From the IMG/VR virus record IMGVR_UViG_3300001687_000010: DNA of 64,000 bases; one strand, written 5' to 3'. The position numbers and the translations under genes are program-made. Shown here in pieces: positions 47,301 to 55,372 of the stretch. Positions within the stretch are counted from its first letter, which is position 1. Every line of letters begins with the position of its first letter. The notes beneath the pieces were generated by a model. It saw nothing but the letters and a program-made list of their open reading frames with translations. It was not told the DNA's origin and did no database searches. The stretch comes from a virus. Its lineage: Duplodnaviria > Heunggongvirae > Uroviricota > Caudoviricetes.

Positions 47301-48802
47301 TGGCAGTACATAGTGCTGCACAAAATGGAGATGGTAATATAATATTATATTGCTGTACCAAGGACCCGTCACCTGTATCACCCGGTGTATTTGGCCTTGT
47401 AAGTTATGCTTATGATAGTACGACACAAACTTTAAGTACGGTAGATTGGTATAATAATGATACTTATGATTTTACGGATTGTTGGGCAACACCAGACGGC
47501 ACAAGAGTTTACTTCACTATGGGATTAGACGGAATTGCTTATTGTGATGTTGATGGTTCCGGTAATATTACATCACCACCCGGTGCTGATTATGACCCCG
47601 ATTATAATTTTAATGCTATTTTTGGTTATCAAGGTTATAGCGCAGGGTCATCTCCATTTAACCCACGTGGTGGAGAAGTTGCCGTATTTGGCGCAAGCGA
47701 TAATATCGGTAATTTGGAATATTTCTTAGATACCCCTTCGGCTAATGGGTATGCGTTGAGAGCAGTTGCGGTATCGGCTAATATGAATTATATGCTAACC
47801 AATTATTGGGGTTTAAGTGGTGGAGACGCTTTTCATGCTAACGATAACAATAGGGTATGGACAGTAGGCAGTACATCTTATGGTAGCAGTACCACTGCTG
47901 ATAGGCTTTATGCTCGATTTATAAAATATTCAAACTGGGGTGGAAACCCTGCGGTAGCGGCAGAGTTTTATAGTGATGCGAATAGACAAACATTGCTTAG
48001 AAGAATGATTATAAATAATGATAAGGTTCCAAGTAATGCGCCTAATTATGTATATGGTCTTATAGAACCCGGAGATACCACATGGCCAAATGGTAAAATA
48101 ACTGGATATATATCTAATATGTTAGGATTGGGTCATGATGCGCCTGAACTTATTATGCCGAAAAGAGCAGTTTCTATGCCTAATAGATTGCTCCTTGAAT
48201 GGAGCAAGCCTCAAAGTGGTAGGGTATATATTCGGGATGATGATTATTATCATATTCAGAGTACAGCCGCAACGATATGGAATATAAATCATAATTTAAA
48301 TACTGCCGGTGCTATTATTATGTGTTATGACGAGAGTAGACAGCTTATATTTCCTGATGAAATAGAGCTTGTGGACGCTGATAATACCAGAGTAACCTTC
48401 AATGAAGCAGTGGCCGGTCATGCTGTTTTTGTCGTATTCCAGAGGGATTATGAGACGGCTTCATTCCTTTCACCGTTTGGCAATCCAGATATTATAGGAT
48501 TTTGGAAAGTAGGTACTGGTGGGGATGAAGTTGGTTTTGAGCCAGTAGATAAAAACGATTTAAATACACCAGTTGTAAGTGGCAGTTTATTATCGTTTAC
48601 CGAAACCGCTTCAGGCAATGCTGGTTATGTATTAATTAATTTTAAAGTACCCGAAAATGGGGCATATACGTTGAATGAATTCGGTGTATTTGATGAGAAT
48701 AAAAATTTACATTATTATAGTAAACTAAGCGATTTACATAAACCGGATGGTGTTAGTTTAGATGTGTTATATAGAATATCCAAAACACCATTAGTAAATT
48801 AA
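41351..48802 (+). CDS. 2483-aa baseplate wedge/adhesin (gp7-like frame with DUF2341-like, LamG-like and beta-propeller-like insertions)
   Basis: follows gp6; KRKGS motif; DFPM..WTEVEQW..VWVRVP (DUF2341-like); FDGVND..FTIE..KWYY..GYIGEVRLS (LamG-like); C-terminal NEFGVFD. Confidence 0.65.
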   Translation: MSKFSDSSHYILKTYFDQLLDPRTGTHNSFLSGQRKTIWADGGLNTTLYQKNDSGDYIAHKFLIQSVSDDNFIFTYVERLSDHSEATELEVDKEMYFRKDSLFHDWLRVHASTYEQSLNTNKTFIYFGKIYTLTNELRRYNIIFDGMKNYVVYAIPEHNRTEKLVELLSIFFDEVYQDIYNMTKTLWSFFDAREVSLDHINYMATRANIETDKDKIETELLLREFVDTLPWWLKRKGSYSSYLDIYKLLLGNTKNKLNFYERWIEWCLKTVRTGYGSIPDSDFEDHHYLEFYGLEPTGGAGPFYYGQYTSASYPQYADTAPNVANCGEISVNCSNLTSFVGWAGQDTGNDMTAVGYNIQIDGFNAATESAYLYSNVTSAANIRNCIEVSMDSSSVPSGGLFVWAASNYPDKTLTAHETNGKNYIGISYEVLGATPSGAVTGRRFKVWEHYNGTMYASSSIETYNADTEYYLTIQKLGTDFKVYVYDNSLRRTQDYIETIQLSLHENASYSVRYAVNSRTEPVGGSWTGDIQNYYQWHRSVDSVAISGYKVLSPHYRLEIDLSSEPMGEDFIISQNQADELLRYWEYLKPVSKFIHYNWLISPLGQIDSLSTSVPLYNQANYTAFLNTQFVGQNFVSAGVPSAAGDFYEETFREIITAADSLWIVRHGLASDELIIQTYTAAGKQNWGIRHYYPDENRVEIEFAGSENGIVLAAGLKPANIAYTQSTPLTAWSVQHNQATAAAASGVVFECVSISGNTAVDLTASTELDTHFNIGTEALGGWTSYIGPSYWSTSAASPSATWVWDGTQYTLNIPVSGVAGQNISVPLVPIGSWKNDFVREKIRLTYTAYGNTPSAGTQWILEGTPAASAIAVSQSPPVSLREIKTTNFGDWWYELGNISKLNWDVYSGDIVYSYAAASAGYYFDALIQNNYFIDADNVVDGDSGTNGTITGIDGHIVTSLYTSGAFSSQTVSGDYLNLTGGFKFDSGLNFETGGGFLTTRAASGHYVQKDDDTRLIFDFGDNGIGDFEIWFDVFWEGALLGPEPRYAYNTNGGLGAPPYTGSEISYFFLTDVLGTVKEHSTYQEGLKWGTHRNAFNNITWHVHDFSQYPTGYNLNGNHNVNYPYGVAKRTGADISIRFWDSPTRDGGAQTLTSITTNQTDKKRYLYVFASWGNDNEEADWVRIGMKNVRLISGDFIPSAASTFWFPDPSYDISKVEVRPIGSGTQNATAIPLFSRTTSGDNHTIPSGGLSEFEWFDITNDTNAPSPWTWQDIEDLNFKVKFTPQSRFDGGFYVDVSDFEVNGKINALTDFPMKVFLNNHSGKNNLDLTGIFNTIGNDYTKFRVVDDLGNTLWTEVEQWDGTAASPSASVWVRVPSFPTTGIKRFRIEYGNEINNNRIGTTGSAKAAKVWDRYFVHVYHMNQVPTTASYPNPLINSQVSSGSNMTAYGPFGPDTGGHAWQNVGSDRTSGAMAIRFDGVNDGYRCKNGLFNTLGMAAFTIESVVSPHSPNGGGTDDWILDYKHSDDANAVLAQRRDYGTQRLETYAWVNGGGFTVTLPIGVDVGKWYYMGGKWSNARPLVVGGNTGEYFNLVSGGTVKTGNFDRGSTIHYIGDYQDDTHRCWPGYIGEVRLSKCERPNSYLKATYETIFDRLINYGTPSGASGETFSLSREDIRITYQQPLGQTGYTGPSSYTLENIEFYDVPVSATKIEFDGLPREAAGYVLLNGRGDPPDYEYDFEVEITSAGAGDLYTPVGGGGGGYDSTYYIFATEVAGTEEWVSYNQALFPFGEQKGNNGNAYEGGIWVDNNGQYVYFGSTGGGNASLEVWEHDGSGGLTLIDTDEYYVGDPILGIWGDGTYIYSTRYSQLTAYSFNGTTLTPIDAETGGAANVYKDVWGDGDYIYTVDDTGGLGVWTFDGATLTEEYNEWNAWNYEAVWAYKDDNGKHIIFAASRQGGSNYGPAGLEVWEWVPGDALYFRDGIAFNSADHMAVHSAAQNGDGNIILYCCTKDPSPVSPGVFGLVSYAYDSTTQTLSTVDWYNNDTYDFTDCWATPDGTRVYFTMGLDGIAYCDVDGSGNITSPPGADYDPDYNFNAIFGYQGYSAGSSPFNPRGGEVAVFGASDNIGNLEYFLDTPSANGYALRAVAVSANMNYMLTNYWGLSGGDAFHANDNNRVWTVGSTSYGSSTTADRLYARFIKYSNWGGNPAVAAEFYSDANRQTLLRRMIINNDKVPSNAPNYVYGLIEPGDTTWPNGKITGYISNMLGLGHDAPELIMPKRAVSMPNRLLLEWSKPQSGRVYIRDDDYYHIQSTAATIWNINHNLNTAGAIIMCYDESRQLIFPDEIELVDADNTRVTFNEAVAGHAVFVVFQRDYETASFLSPFGNPDIIGFWKVGTGGDEVGFEPVDKNDLNTPVVSGSLLSFTETASGNAGYVLINFKVPENGAYTLNEFGVFDENKNLHYYSKLSDLHKPDGVSLDVLYRISKTPLVN

Positions 48803-48814
48803 GGAGAGTTTAAA

Positions 48815-49597
48815 ATGGCAAGAGTCCATTATTGGCATTATATAGTAGATGAAGAGGGACGACCTTTAGAGAATTGTGATATCCGATTTTATTTACAGGA
48901 TAACCAAACAACCGAGGCAAAGATATTTACCCATCCTTCACTTGGTATATCAACAACCACGTCCAGTGCTTTGATAAAAACTGATGGTAACGGGTTTTTT
49001 GAGTTTTGGATAGGTGATGAGTTTGAAACAAATGGATATTCAGCATCTCAAAAATTTTATTTAACATGGAGTAGAGCTGGTATTTTTCAGGGCGGAATTG
49101 AAAACGTGGATGTATTTCCGCCGATTTATACAGTAGACCAAGCTGATAATACGTCAGTAACCAGAAATCAAAAGAATAAGTTGGTTAGTAATGCTTTAGC
49201 TTACAAATGGGATACTCACGTTGATGCAACAACAAATGATAATCCTCACGAATTTGATGCGGTAGATACTTCAAAATCGGATACGGTTTTTAATAAACTG
49301 GTTAGTAATTCTTTGATTAATTATTTATTAAGTGCTCTTGCATCAGCCGGTACATTAAGCATTGCGGCCACTGCAGCTATTGAACGGCAATTTACAATTA
49401 CATCGTGGTCGGCTTCCGGTGATTTGTATTATGCCAATTTAAATCACTTTTTAGGTAATGAATATCCGGTTGTCCAACTTAAAAATTCGGTTACTAAAAA
49501 ACAATACATCCCGGCACGGATTGTATCGGTCAGTGAAAATCAAACACGGGTTTTTGTATCAGATACCGGAAATACTAATGTAACCATAATAGGATAA
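48815..49597 (+). CDS. tail/baseplate structural protein
   Basis: DEEGRPLE, TDGNGFFEFWIGD; paralog of next gene. Confidence 0.6.
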   Translation: MARVHYWHYIVDEEGRPLENCDIRFYLQDNQTTEAKIFTHPSLGISTTTSSALIKTDGNGFFEFWIGDEFETNGYSASQKFYLTWSRAGIFQGGIENVDVFPPIYTVDQADNTSVTRNQKNKLVSNALAYKWDTHVDATTNDNPHEFDAVDTSKSDTVFNKLVSNSLINYLLSALASAGTLSIAATAAIERQFTITSWSASGDLYYANLNHFLGNEYPVVQLKNSVTKKQYIPARIVSVSENQTRVFVSDTGNTNVTIIG

Positions 49598-49601
49598 AAT
49601 A

Positions 49602-50414
49602 ATGGGACGTAAACATATATATTATTTTTTAAAGACGGACGATGGTGAACCGATAGAGGGTGCTGAAATTGCGTTAAAACTGACGGGGACATTAACAAAT
49701 GCAACCATTTATAATACGCAGACAGTGTCGGCGGCAATTAGTCCATCGGGCGGATTGGTTACGGATTCAAATGGATTTTTTGATTTTTGGATAGGTGACC
49801 AATTTGAAACTACTTATGTGGGCTATGAACCAAGTCAGTATTTTGATTTATATTGGACGTCCCCGAGTGGTACAGGACTTGTTGATGGAGTTCAATTTTT
49901 TGAATTTCTTTATCCGGTAGATGAGACTGATTCAACGTCATCTACCAAAAATAAAATGTTAAATAACGAGCTGGCTTATAAATTTGAAACTCATGTGGGT
50001 ACGTTATATACCGGAGTGCCTCACGGTATATATCCAGTAGATGAAACTGACTCGTCAGATGGTACTCTAAATAAGGTTGTAAGTAATGAGTTATTAAATA
50101 GGCTTTATAGCTTTTCACTTACCAGTGGTGCGAAACCGGGGCTAACAATTGCAGCGTCTGGTGCTCTTATAACAACTCATACTTTATATGCAAGTGCTAT
50201 GTCGGCTTCAGGGGATTATTGGCAGGCTACATTTGACCCGGAGTTAAATAAAGCGGATGGGAATCATATGCCTGTTACTCAGGTTTATGAAAAAGCGAGC
50301 GGCAATATAATACTTCCGTGGGAAGTTAGAATTAATTCGGCTACACAAATGAAAATTATAGTAACTGAGCAATCTGATATGATGGTCACTACTGTGGCAG
50401 AAGCGGGTAAATAA
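49602..50414 (+). CDS. tail/baseplate structural protein, paralog of 48815-49597
   Basis: DDGEPIE, TDSNGFFDFWIGD, VDETD..NK repeats. Confidence 0.6.
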   Translation: MGRKHIYYFLKTDDGEPIEGAEIALKLTGTLTNATIYNTQTVSAAISPSGGLVTDSNGFFDFWIGDQFETTYVGYEPSQYFDLYWTSPSGTGLVDGVQFFEFLYPVDETDSTSSTKNKMLNNELAYKFETHVGTLYTGVPHGIYPVDETDSSDGTLNKVVSNELLNRLYSFSLTSGAKPGLTIAASGALITTHTLYASAMSASGDYWQATFDPELNKADGNHMPVTQVYEKASGNIILPWEVRINSATQMKIIVTEQSDMMVTTVAEAGK

Positions 50415-50764
50415 TGAAATTTAGGGACTATTTAGATAGCGATGTAAAGGAGTTTACGGAATTAAAAATAGGTTTAGTTGATAAAAAGACCAAAACCGAG
50501 TCTGAAGTAGTTCAGAAAATACAGACGAATTTCGATTTAGGTACGGATTTAATTAAGTTAATAAAAGATTTAAATGAAAAATTAGGCAACACATATCACG
50601 GCAAATTTAAGTTTGATTATGTTTTACAGGATAACAGCAGTATAGATAAATTGAAAATAAATAAAAACAGAAAGGAAGGTTTAAAGAAACAATGGTTGCG
50701 GAGCTGTGGAATGTTAGCTCGAAAACAAAACGAAGTGGAACAGCTTCAAGGAGATAAGGATTAA
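50414..50764 (+). CDS. hypothetical protein (CTS-like MKFRDYL start)
   Basis: TAATG coupling. Confidence 0.5.
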   Translation: MKFRDYLDSDVKEFTELKIGLVDKKTKTESEVVQKIQTNFDLGTDLIKLIKDLNEKLGNTYHGKFKFDYVLQDNSSIDKLKINKNRKEGLKKQWLRSCGMLARKQNEVEQLQGDKD

Positions 50765-51672
50765 TGGATTTTCACGAAATAAATACGGTAGGTAAACTTT
50801 GGATTGAAAGAGTTAATACATTACCAACATGGACTACCGCAGATGCAGGCAGGCTTGTTTATGTTGTTTCGGAAGATAATTTTTATAAAGGCGGAAGTAC
50901 AGACTGGGAATTGTTTGGTAGGTCGTATGCTTTATGGGCAGGACTTGTGGAAAGAGCGACTTTTGAATACAATACAGCATTAAGCATAAACATCAAGGGC
51001 GGAAGATACCATCATGCGACTAATACTGGAACTGAAATTATCGCAAAAATTGGGGATATAACTTTTGCATTTGGTAGTGCGGGCAGTAATTCTAATAGTG
51101 ATAATTTAACTGCAAGTGATTGGCATTATCTTTATTTGGATAATTCAAGATTAGATGAAGATGTTACTGCCGGTATGTTTATAAATTCAACAAGTGAACC
51201 ACAATGGATAGATTCCAAACTCGGATGGTATGGATTGGCGGGCAATGTAACAACAAATGATAGATGTATTGGAGCTTTTTATACTAATTCATCGTCTCAA
51301 ATTGCAAGATTTTGGCAAGTACAAGATATGTTTATGTGGGACGCTCCTCTAACAATTTTTCAAGGAACATGGCCAACTTCTTGGACTGTTAAAAATGTAT
51401 TTGCTCCGACATTTACAAAATTTATTTATGGTACTATTTATGCCTATTCTACGTCTCCCGGTACAGCAGATTGTTATTGGAGACCTATTTATTCAACAGG
51501 GGCCGGTTTCCGTGTTTTAAGAGTGGCCAATAATCAACAGTCAAGCATGAATGAAATATCAAGAATGGTAATAACAGATACAATCAGTGGTCCACAAATA
51601 GCCATAAGAGCTACTGCCGCAGCTGCGGTAACTTTGTTTCAAAATGGTTATTATTTACCATATGGAATGTAA
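50764..51672 (+). CDS. tail fiber/receptor-binding-like protein, paralog 1
   Basis: MDFHEINT.GKLWIER..LPTWT..D.GR; DRCIG; QNGYYLP. Confidence 0.6.
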   Translation: MDFHEINTVGKLWIERVNTLPTWTTADAGRLVYVVSEDNFYKGGSTDWELFGRSYALWAGLVERATFEYNTALSINIKGGRYHHATNTGTEIIAKIGDITFAFGSAGSNSNSDNLTASDWHYLYLDNSRLDEDVTAGMFINSTSEPQWIDSKLGWYGLAGNVTTNDRCIGAFYTNSSSQIARFWQVQDMFMWDAPLTIFQGTWPTSWTVKNVFAPTFTKFIYGTIYAYSTSPGTADCYWRPIYSTGAGFRVLRVANNQQSSMNEISRMVITDTISGPQIAIRATAAAAVTLFQNGYYLPYGM

Positions 51673-51683
51673 GGAGATTTTAA

Positions 51684-52571
51684 ATGGATTTTCATGAAAT
51701 AAATATGAAAGGCAAAATTTGGGTTGAAAGATTGGCTACGTTACCAACGTGGACTTCAAGCGATAAAGGACGAATGGTTTATATAACATCAACCGGAATT
51801 TATTATAAAGGGGAGGCTACAGGTTGGGGTGAAATTGGAAGACCATTGGATGCTTATACTGGTTATATTCGCAGGCCTTTGTTTTCTTATAATACAACAA
51901 ATTCTATTACCATTTCACCGGGCAGATATCATATCAATGGTTCGACAGAAAGATTTATAACTTGGGATTCGGAATTGACCTATACTTTTACTTCACTTGG
52001 GGCAAGTGAATATCATTATTTATATATTGATGATAGTGATGTCGGTTCGGATAATGTGCTTGCCGCTACCGATTTGTTTAATACAACAACTGCGCCTACA
52101 TGGAGTAATTCGAAATTAGGTTATTATAATAATAATGATAGATGTATTTTGGCTTTAAGAACAAATACTACAAACGGATTAAGGGAATTTTATCATTCTA
52201 ATGATTTAATTCATTGGGATTCAGGATTAAACATATGGAATGGTTATCCCCGTTCCACTGCATGGCAAAATGTAACAACTACTGTACCGGCTTTTACGGA
52301 TTTTGTTCCTATATTGTTTTATTCAGTCTATCAAACGAAACATCATGGGAGTGAAATATACTATCGTCCTTCGATTACAGGAAATGCAATTATATGTGGA
52401 AGAACTTGTTATGATAAATCTGGAGATAATCAATGTAACCAAATTGATGCAAATAATTGTGGAAGAATTAGGATAGATGAAAATAAACAATTTGCAGTGG
52501 CATCAAATGTAAACGGTCATGCTTTCACCTATATTTATCAAAATGGTTATTATTTACCACAAGGGCTTTAA
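51684..52571 (+). CDS. tail fiber/receptor-binding-like protein, paralog 2
   Basis: same N- and C-terminal motifs. Confidence 0.6.
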   Translation: MDFHEINMKGKIWVERLATLPTWTSSDKGRMVYITSTGIYYKGEATGWGEIGRPLDAYTGYIRRPLFSYNTTNSITISPGRYHINGSTERFITWDSELTYTFTSLGASEYHYLYIDDSDVGSDNVLAATDLFNTTTAPTWSNSKLGYYNNNDRCILALRTNTTNGLREFYHSNDLIHWDSGLNIWNGYPRSTAWQNVTTTVPAFTDFVPILFYSVYQTKHHGSEIYYRPSITGNAIICGRTCYDKSGDNQCNQIDANNCGRIRIDENKQFAVASNVNGHAFTYIYQNGYYLPQGL

Positions 52572-52586
52572 GGAGATTAGATTTAA

Positions 52587-53471
52587 ATGGATTTTCATGG
52601 ATTAAATACAAAAGGAAAAATTTGGATAGAAAGATTGTCGACTTTACCAACGTGGACGGCAAATGATATTGGTCGGATGGTTTATATTACAGGGACTGAT
52701 AAATATTATAAAGGGGATGCTACGGGCTGGAGCCTTTTTGAAAGAGCTGCTAATTTATTTGCTGGGTTTTTAGTTAGACCTAAATTTGAATGGAATAATA
52801 CATCCAGTATTATTATTAATCCCGGACGTTATCATCATAGCGGAACTGCTGAACAATTCTTAAAATGGTCAACTCCAATAACATATACGTTTGCTGGATT
52901 AGGAAGTTTTTCGAACTATTGGCAATATTTGTATATTTGGGATGGGGCTTTAACAAGTGATACTCTTTCAAGCTCGACTCTGAGAAATAATATAATTCCT
53001 CCAACTTGGAATAGCACTAAAAGTGGATGGTATAATAAAGAAGATAGATGTATTTTTGCAGTCTATGTGGATGGCTCATCACAAATTGTTAAATTTTTCC
53101 ATTTAAATGATTATATTCGTTGGGATTACCGATATGAACCTTATCGAGCAAGTACGGTAACAGCATCTTGGCAACCGCTTTGCACATTTCGTGCGCCGAG
53201 TTTTTGTACTCAGGTGGGAGCAGCTTTTCATGCAGAAAATGTTAGTCAATGGTCTTGGATATGGTATAGACCAGAAGGGGCTACAACAAATACTGGTATT
53301 CCGATAGCACAGCATTATCATACAAATTCGAGATATCAAAGAAGTACTGATGAAAAAACCAGAGTACAAATAAATTCAAGCACTAAACGAATTGATATGA
53401 AAGTAACATACGGCACTGGTGGTGGTGTTCGTATTATGCAAACCGGCTGGTGGTTGCCAGATGGAATGTAA
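52587..53471 (+). CDS. tail fiber/receptor-binding-like protein, paralog 3
   Basis: same N- and C-terminal motifs (QTGWWLPDGM). Confidence 0.6.
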   Translation: MDFHGLNTKGKIWIERLSTLPTWTANDIGRMVYITGTDKYYKGDATGWSLFERAANLFAGFLVRPKFEWNNTSSIIINPGRYHHSGTAEQFLKWSTPITYTFAGLGSFSNYWQYLYIWDGALTSDTLSSSTLRNNIIPPTWNSTKSGWYNKEDRCIFAVYVDGSSQIVKFFHLNDYIRWDYRYEPYRASTVTASWQPLCTFRAPSFCTQVGAAFHAENVSQWSWIWYRPEGATTNTGIPIAQHYHTNSRYQRSTDEKTRVQINSSTKRIDMKVTYGTGGGVRIMQTGWWLPDGM

Positions 53472-53505
53472 CCTATTTTTTAATTAATAAATTTATTAGT
53501 TTACG

Positions 53506-53529
53506 AAAACCCTCATATAGAGGGTTTTT
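53506..53529 (+). terminator. terminator of structural operon
   Basis: AAAACCCTC-ATATA-GAGGGTTTTT. Confidence 0.65.
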
Positions 53530-53559
53530 GTTTACAGTTTTCCCAATATATGGTATAAT
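53530..53559 (+). promoter_or_regulatory. T4-early-like promoter
   Basis: GTTTACA-17-TATAAT with TGG extension. Confidence 0.7.
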
Positions 53560-53592
53560 GTACCATAAACCTATAACTTTAAAGGGGGAATT

Positions 53593-53901
53593 ATGGCCGA
53601 TAATATGAAAAAATGGGGATTGGATTTTATCCGTAAATTAAAGCCGTGTTTTTGGAAGTATAAATTACCACGATTAAACGATGGCCGATATCATTTTGGC
53701 ATGGTAGCGCAGGATATTATAGATATTGTATCTAAGGATGATTTTGGGTTTGTTACGGTAAAAGAGTTTGAAGATGGACGACCTATGTATCGGGTTAATT
53801 ATTTTGAATTTATGGGCCCGCTTATTGCCGCTATACAGCAGTTGGACCAGAAGGTTAAAAAGTTAGAAAAAGAGTTAAAGACTGTAAAGGGAAATAAATA
53901 A
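53593..53901 (+). CDS. stand-alone tail intramolecular chaperone (peptidase S74-like) domain
   Basis: GLDFIRKLKP..KY, HFGMVAQD, VNY.EF..PLIAAIQQL coiled coil. Confidence 0.75.
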   Translation: MADNMKKWGLDFIRKLKPCFWKYKLPRLNDGRYHFGMVAQDIIDIVSKDDFGFVTVKEFEDGRPMYRVNYFEFMGPLIAAIQQLDQKVKKLEKELKTVKGNK

Positions 53902-53909
53902 ATATTTTT

Positions 53910-54395
53910 GTGAACCCGGATAAATTAAAGAAATTAGAACAGGCACATATTGGAAAAGATTGCCAAATTAATGGCACTATTGATATTAATAGACCGCATA
54001 CGGTTTTTATAGGGGAAAAAGTTGTATTAGGAGGCGAAGGTAGAATTATTACCCATTGCCCTATTCGTTCATTTTTGCCCGATGATAGAATTATTATAGG
54101 GGATTGTGCGTGGATAGGATATCGGACAGTTGTATTGCCCGGAGTTAAAATAGGCCGATTTGCTATTATAGGCGCACAATCGGTTGTGAGTAAGGACGTT
54201 CCTGCCTATTATATCGCCGCCGGAAATCCATTACGAGTCTTGCGAAAACGGGATAAGGATGAAATTCGCCGGTGGTATATCCAAAAATGGAAGTTGGGCA
54301 GAGAACCTAATAAGGACATTAAATATGACCCTAATATGTTAACTGAAGAAGAGGAGAAATGGATATTTAAGGATTACGAGATTAATGGGAGTTAA
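53910..54395 (+). CDS. hexapeptide-repeat (LbH) acyltransferase
   Basis: IGDCAWIG..VLPGVKIG..IIGAQSVVSKDVP..AGNP. Confidence 0.88.
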   Translation: MNPDKLKKLEQAHIGKDCQINGTIDINRPHTVFIGEKVVLGGEGRIITHCPIRSFLPDDRIIIGDCAWIGYRTVVLPGVKIGRFAIIGAQSVVSKDVPAYYIAAGNPLRVLRKRDKDEIRRWYIQKWKLGREPNKDIKYDPNMLTEEEEKWIFKDYEINGS

Positions 54396-54816
54396 AGCAA
54401 GTAAGAATTATGTAAAAAACGAAGACCTAATGCCGCATATATTTTATTACAGGGAGACGGGCAAGGTCACCGAAGAATTCGGAGAAATGCTATTAAAGAT
54501 AGCGGAGAATTATGCCAATAAGGGCAATTTCCACGGCTATACATGGAAACAGGATATGGTAATGGAAGCCGTCTATACTTGTATCCGCTATATGCATAAC
54601 TTCGACCCTATCAAAAAAGCAAAACCAAATCCATTCGCATATTTCACATCTATTATCAGGAATGCATTTCTAAATTATATCGCAAAACAAAAAAAGCATA
54701 GTAAAATCAAAGACCATTGTTATAATTACCACCACTTAATGAATGATGAGGAGTGCGAGGATGATTATTTTAGGACGAAAGGAATAGACTATACGGTATT
54801 AAAAGAGGAGAAGTGA
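54385..54816 (+). CDS. T4 gp55-like late sigma factor
   Basis: NYVKNEDL, GEMLLKIA, NF.GYTW..DM, NFDP..NPFAYFT.II.NAFL..I.KQKK. Confidence 0.9.
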   Translation: MGVKASKNYVKNEDLMPHIFYYRETGKVTEEFGEMLLKIAENYANKGNFHGYTWKQDMVMEAVYTCIRYMHNFDPIKKAKPNPFAYFTSIIRNAFLNYIAKQKKHSKIKDHCYNYHHLMNDEECEDDYFRTKGIDYTVLKEEK

Positions 54817-54817
54817 A

Positions 54818-55372
54818 ATGTTTAAAAAGCTGAAAGAAGCCGTTATTTTAAAATGGTGGTTTCTTGTATGCTTGATTAGTTTCGGAATAGTGGTTAGTGC
54901 AGTGGCCGGGATTTTTCAAATGGCATATGAGGCTGATGCTACTAAAATTAGTTTTGGTATTTTCGGTTTATTTGTTATATTAACTGGCTGGACAGGGATG
55001 CTTACATATAAAGCGTCCATTAAGGAGATAGGTAAAAAGGAGTATGAAAAAATAATAAGACAGAATGGGTTAAGTCATTTCTTTTCCGATATATTGTTTT
55101 ATATGGGAATGACGGGTACGGTACTCGGTTTTATTATGATGCTGAGACAGAGTTTTGAAAATATAGTAGCAGGCAACACGGCAAGTATGCAGGCCGCTTT
55201 AACCAGTATGGGTTCCGGTATGAGTACAGCATTGTTTACGACAGCGGCCGGTCTTATTTGTAGCATATTATTAAAATTACAGGTTTATAATCTGGATTAT
55301 TTTTTGGAGGAGTTGGAACCCAAAGATTGTGGGGGAAATTGTTCATGTAGGGATTCTGGCGGACAAGTTTAA
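54818..55372 (+). CDS. MotA/TolQ/ExbB proton-channel family protein
   Basis: GMTGTVLGFI and GMSTALFTTAAGL transmembrane signatures. Confidence 0.85.
   Translation: MFKKLKEAVILKWWFLVCLISFGIVVSAVAGIFQMAYEADATKISFGIFGLFVILTGWTGMLTYKASIKEIGKKEYEKIIRQNGLSHFFSDILFYMGMTGTVLGFIMMLRQSFENIVAGNTASMQAALTSMGSGMSTALFTTAAGLICSILLKLQVYNLDYFLEELEPKDCGGNCSCRDSGGQV

Noticed and set aside
50764-53471. Diversity-generating retroelement or invertible tail-fiber cassette
   Set aside because: No reverse transcriptase, invertase, adenine-specific TR/VR pair or inverted orientation is visible in the window.
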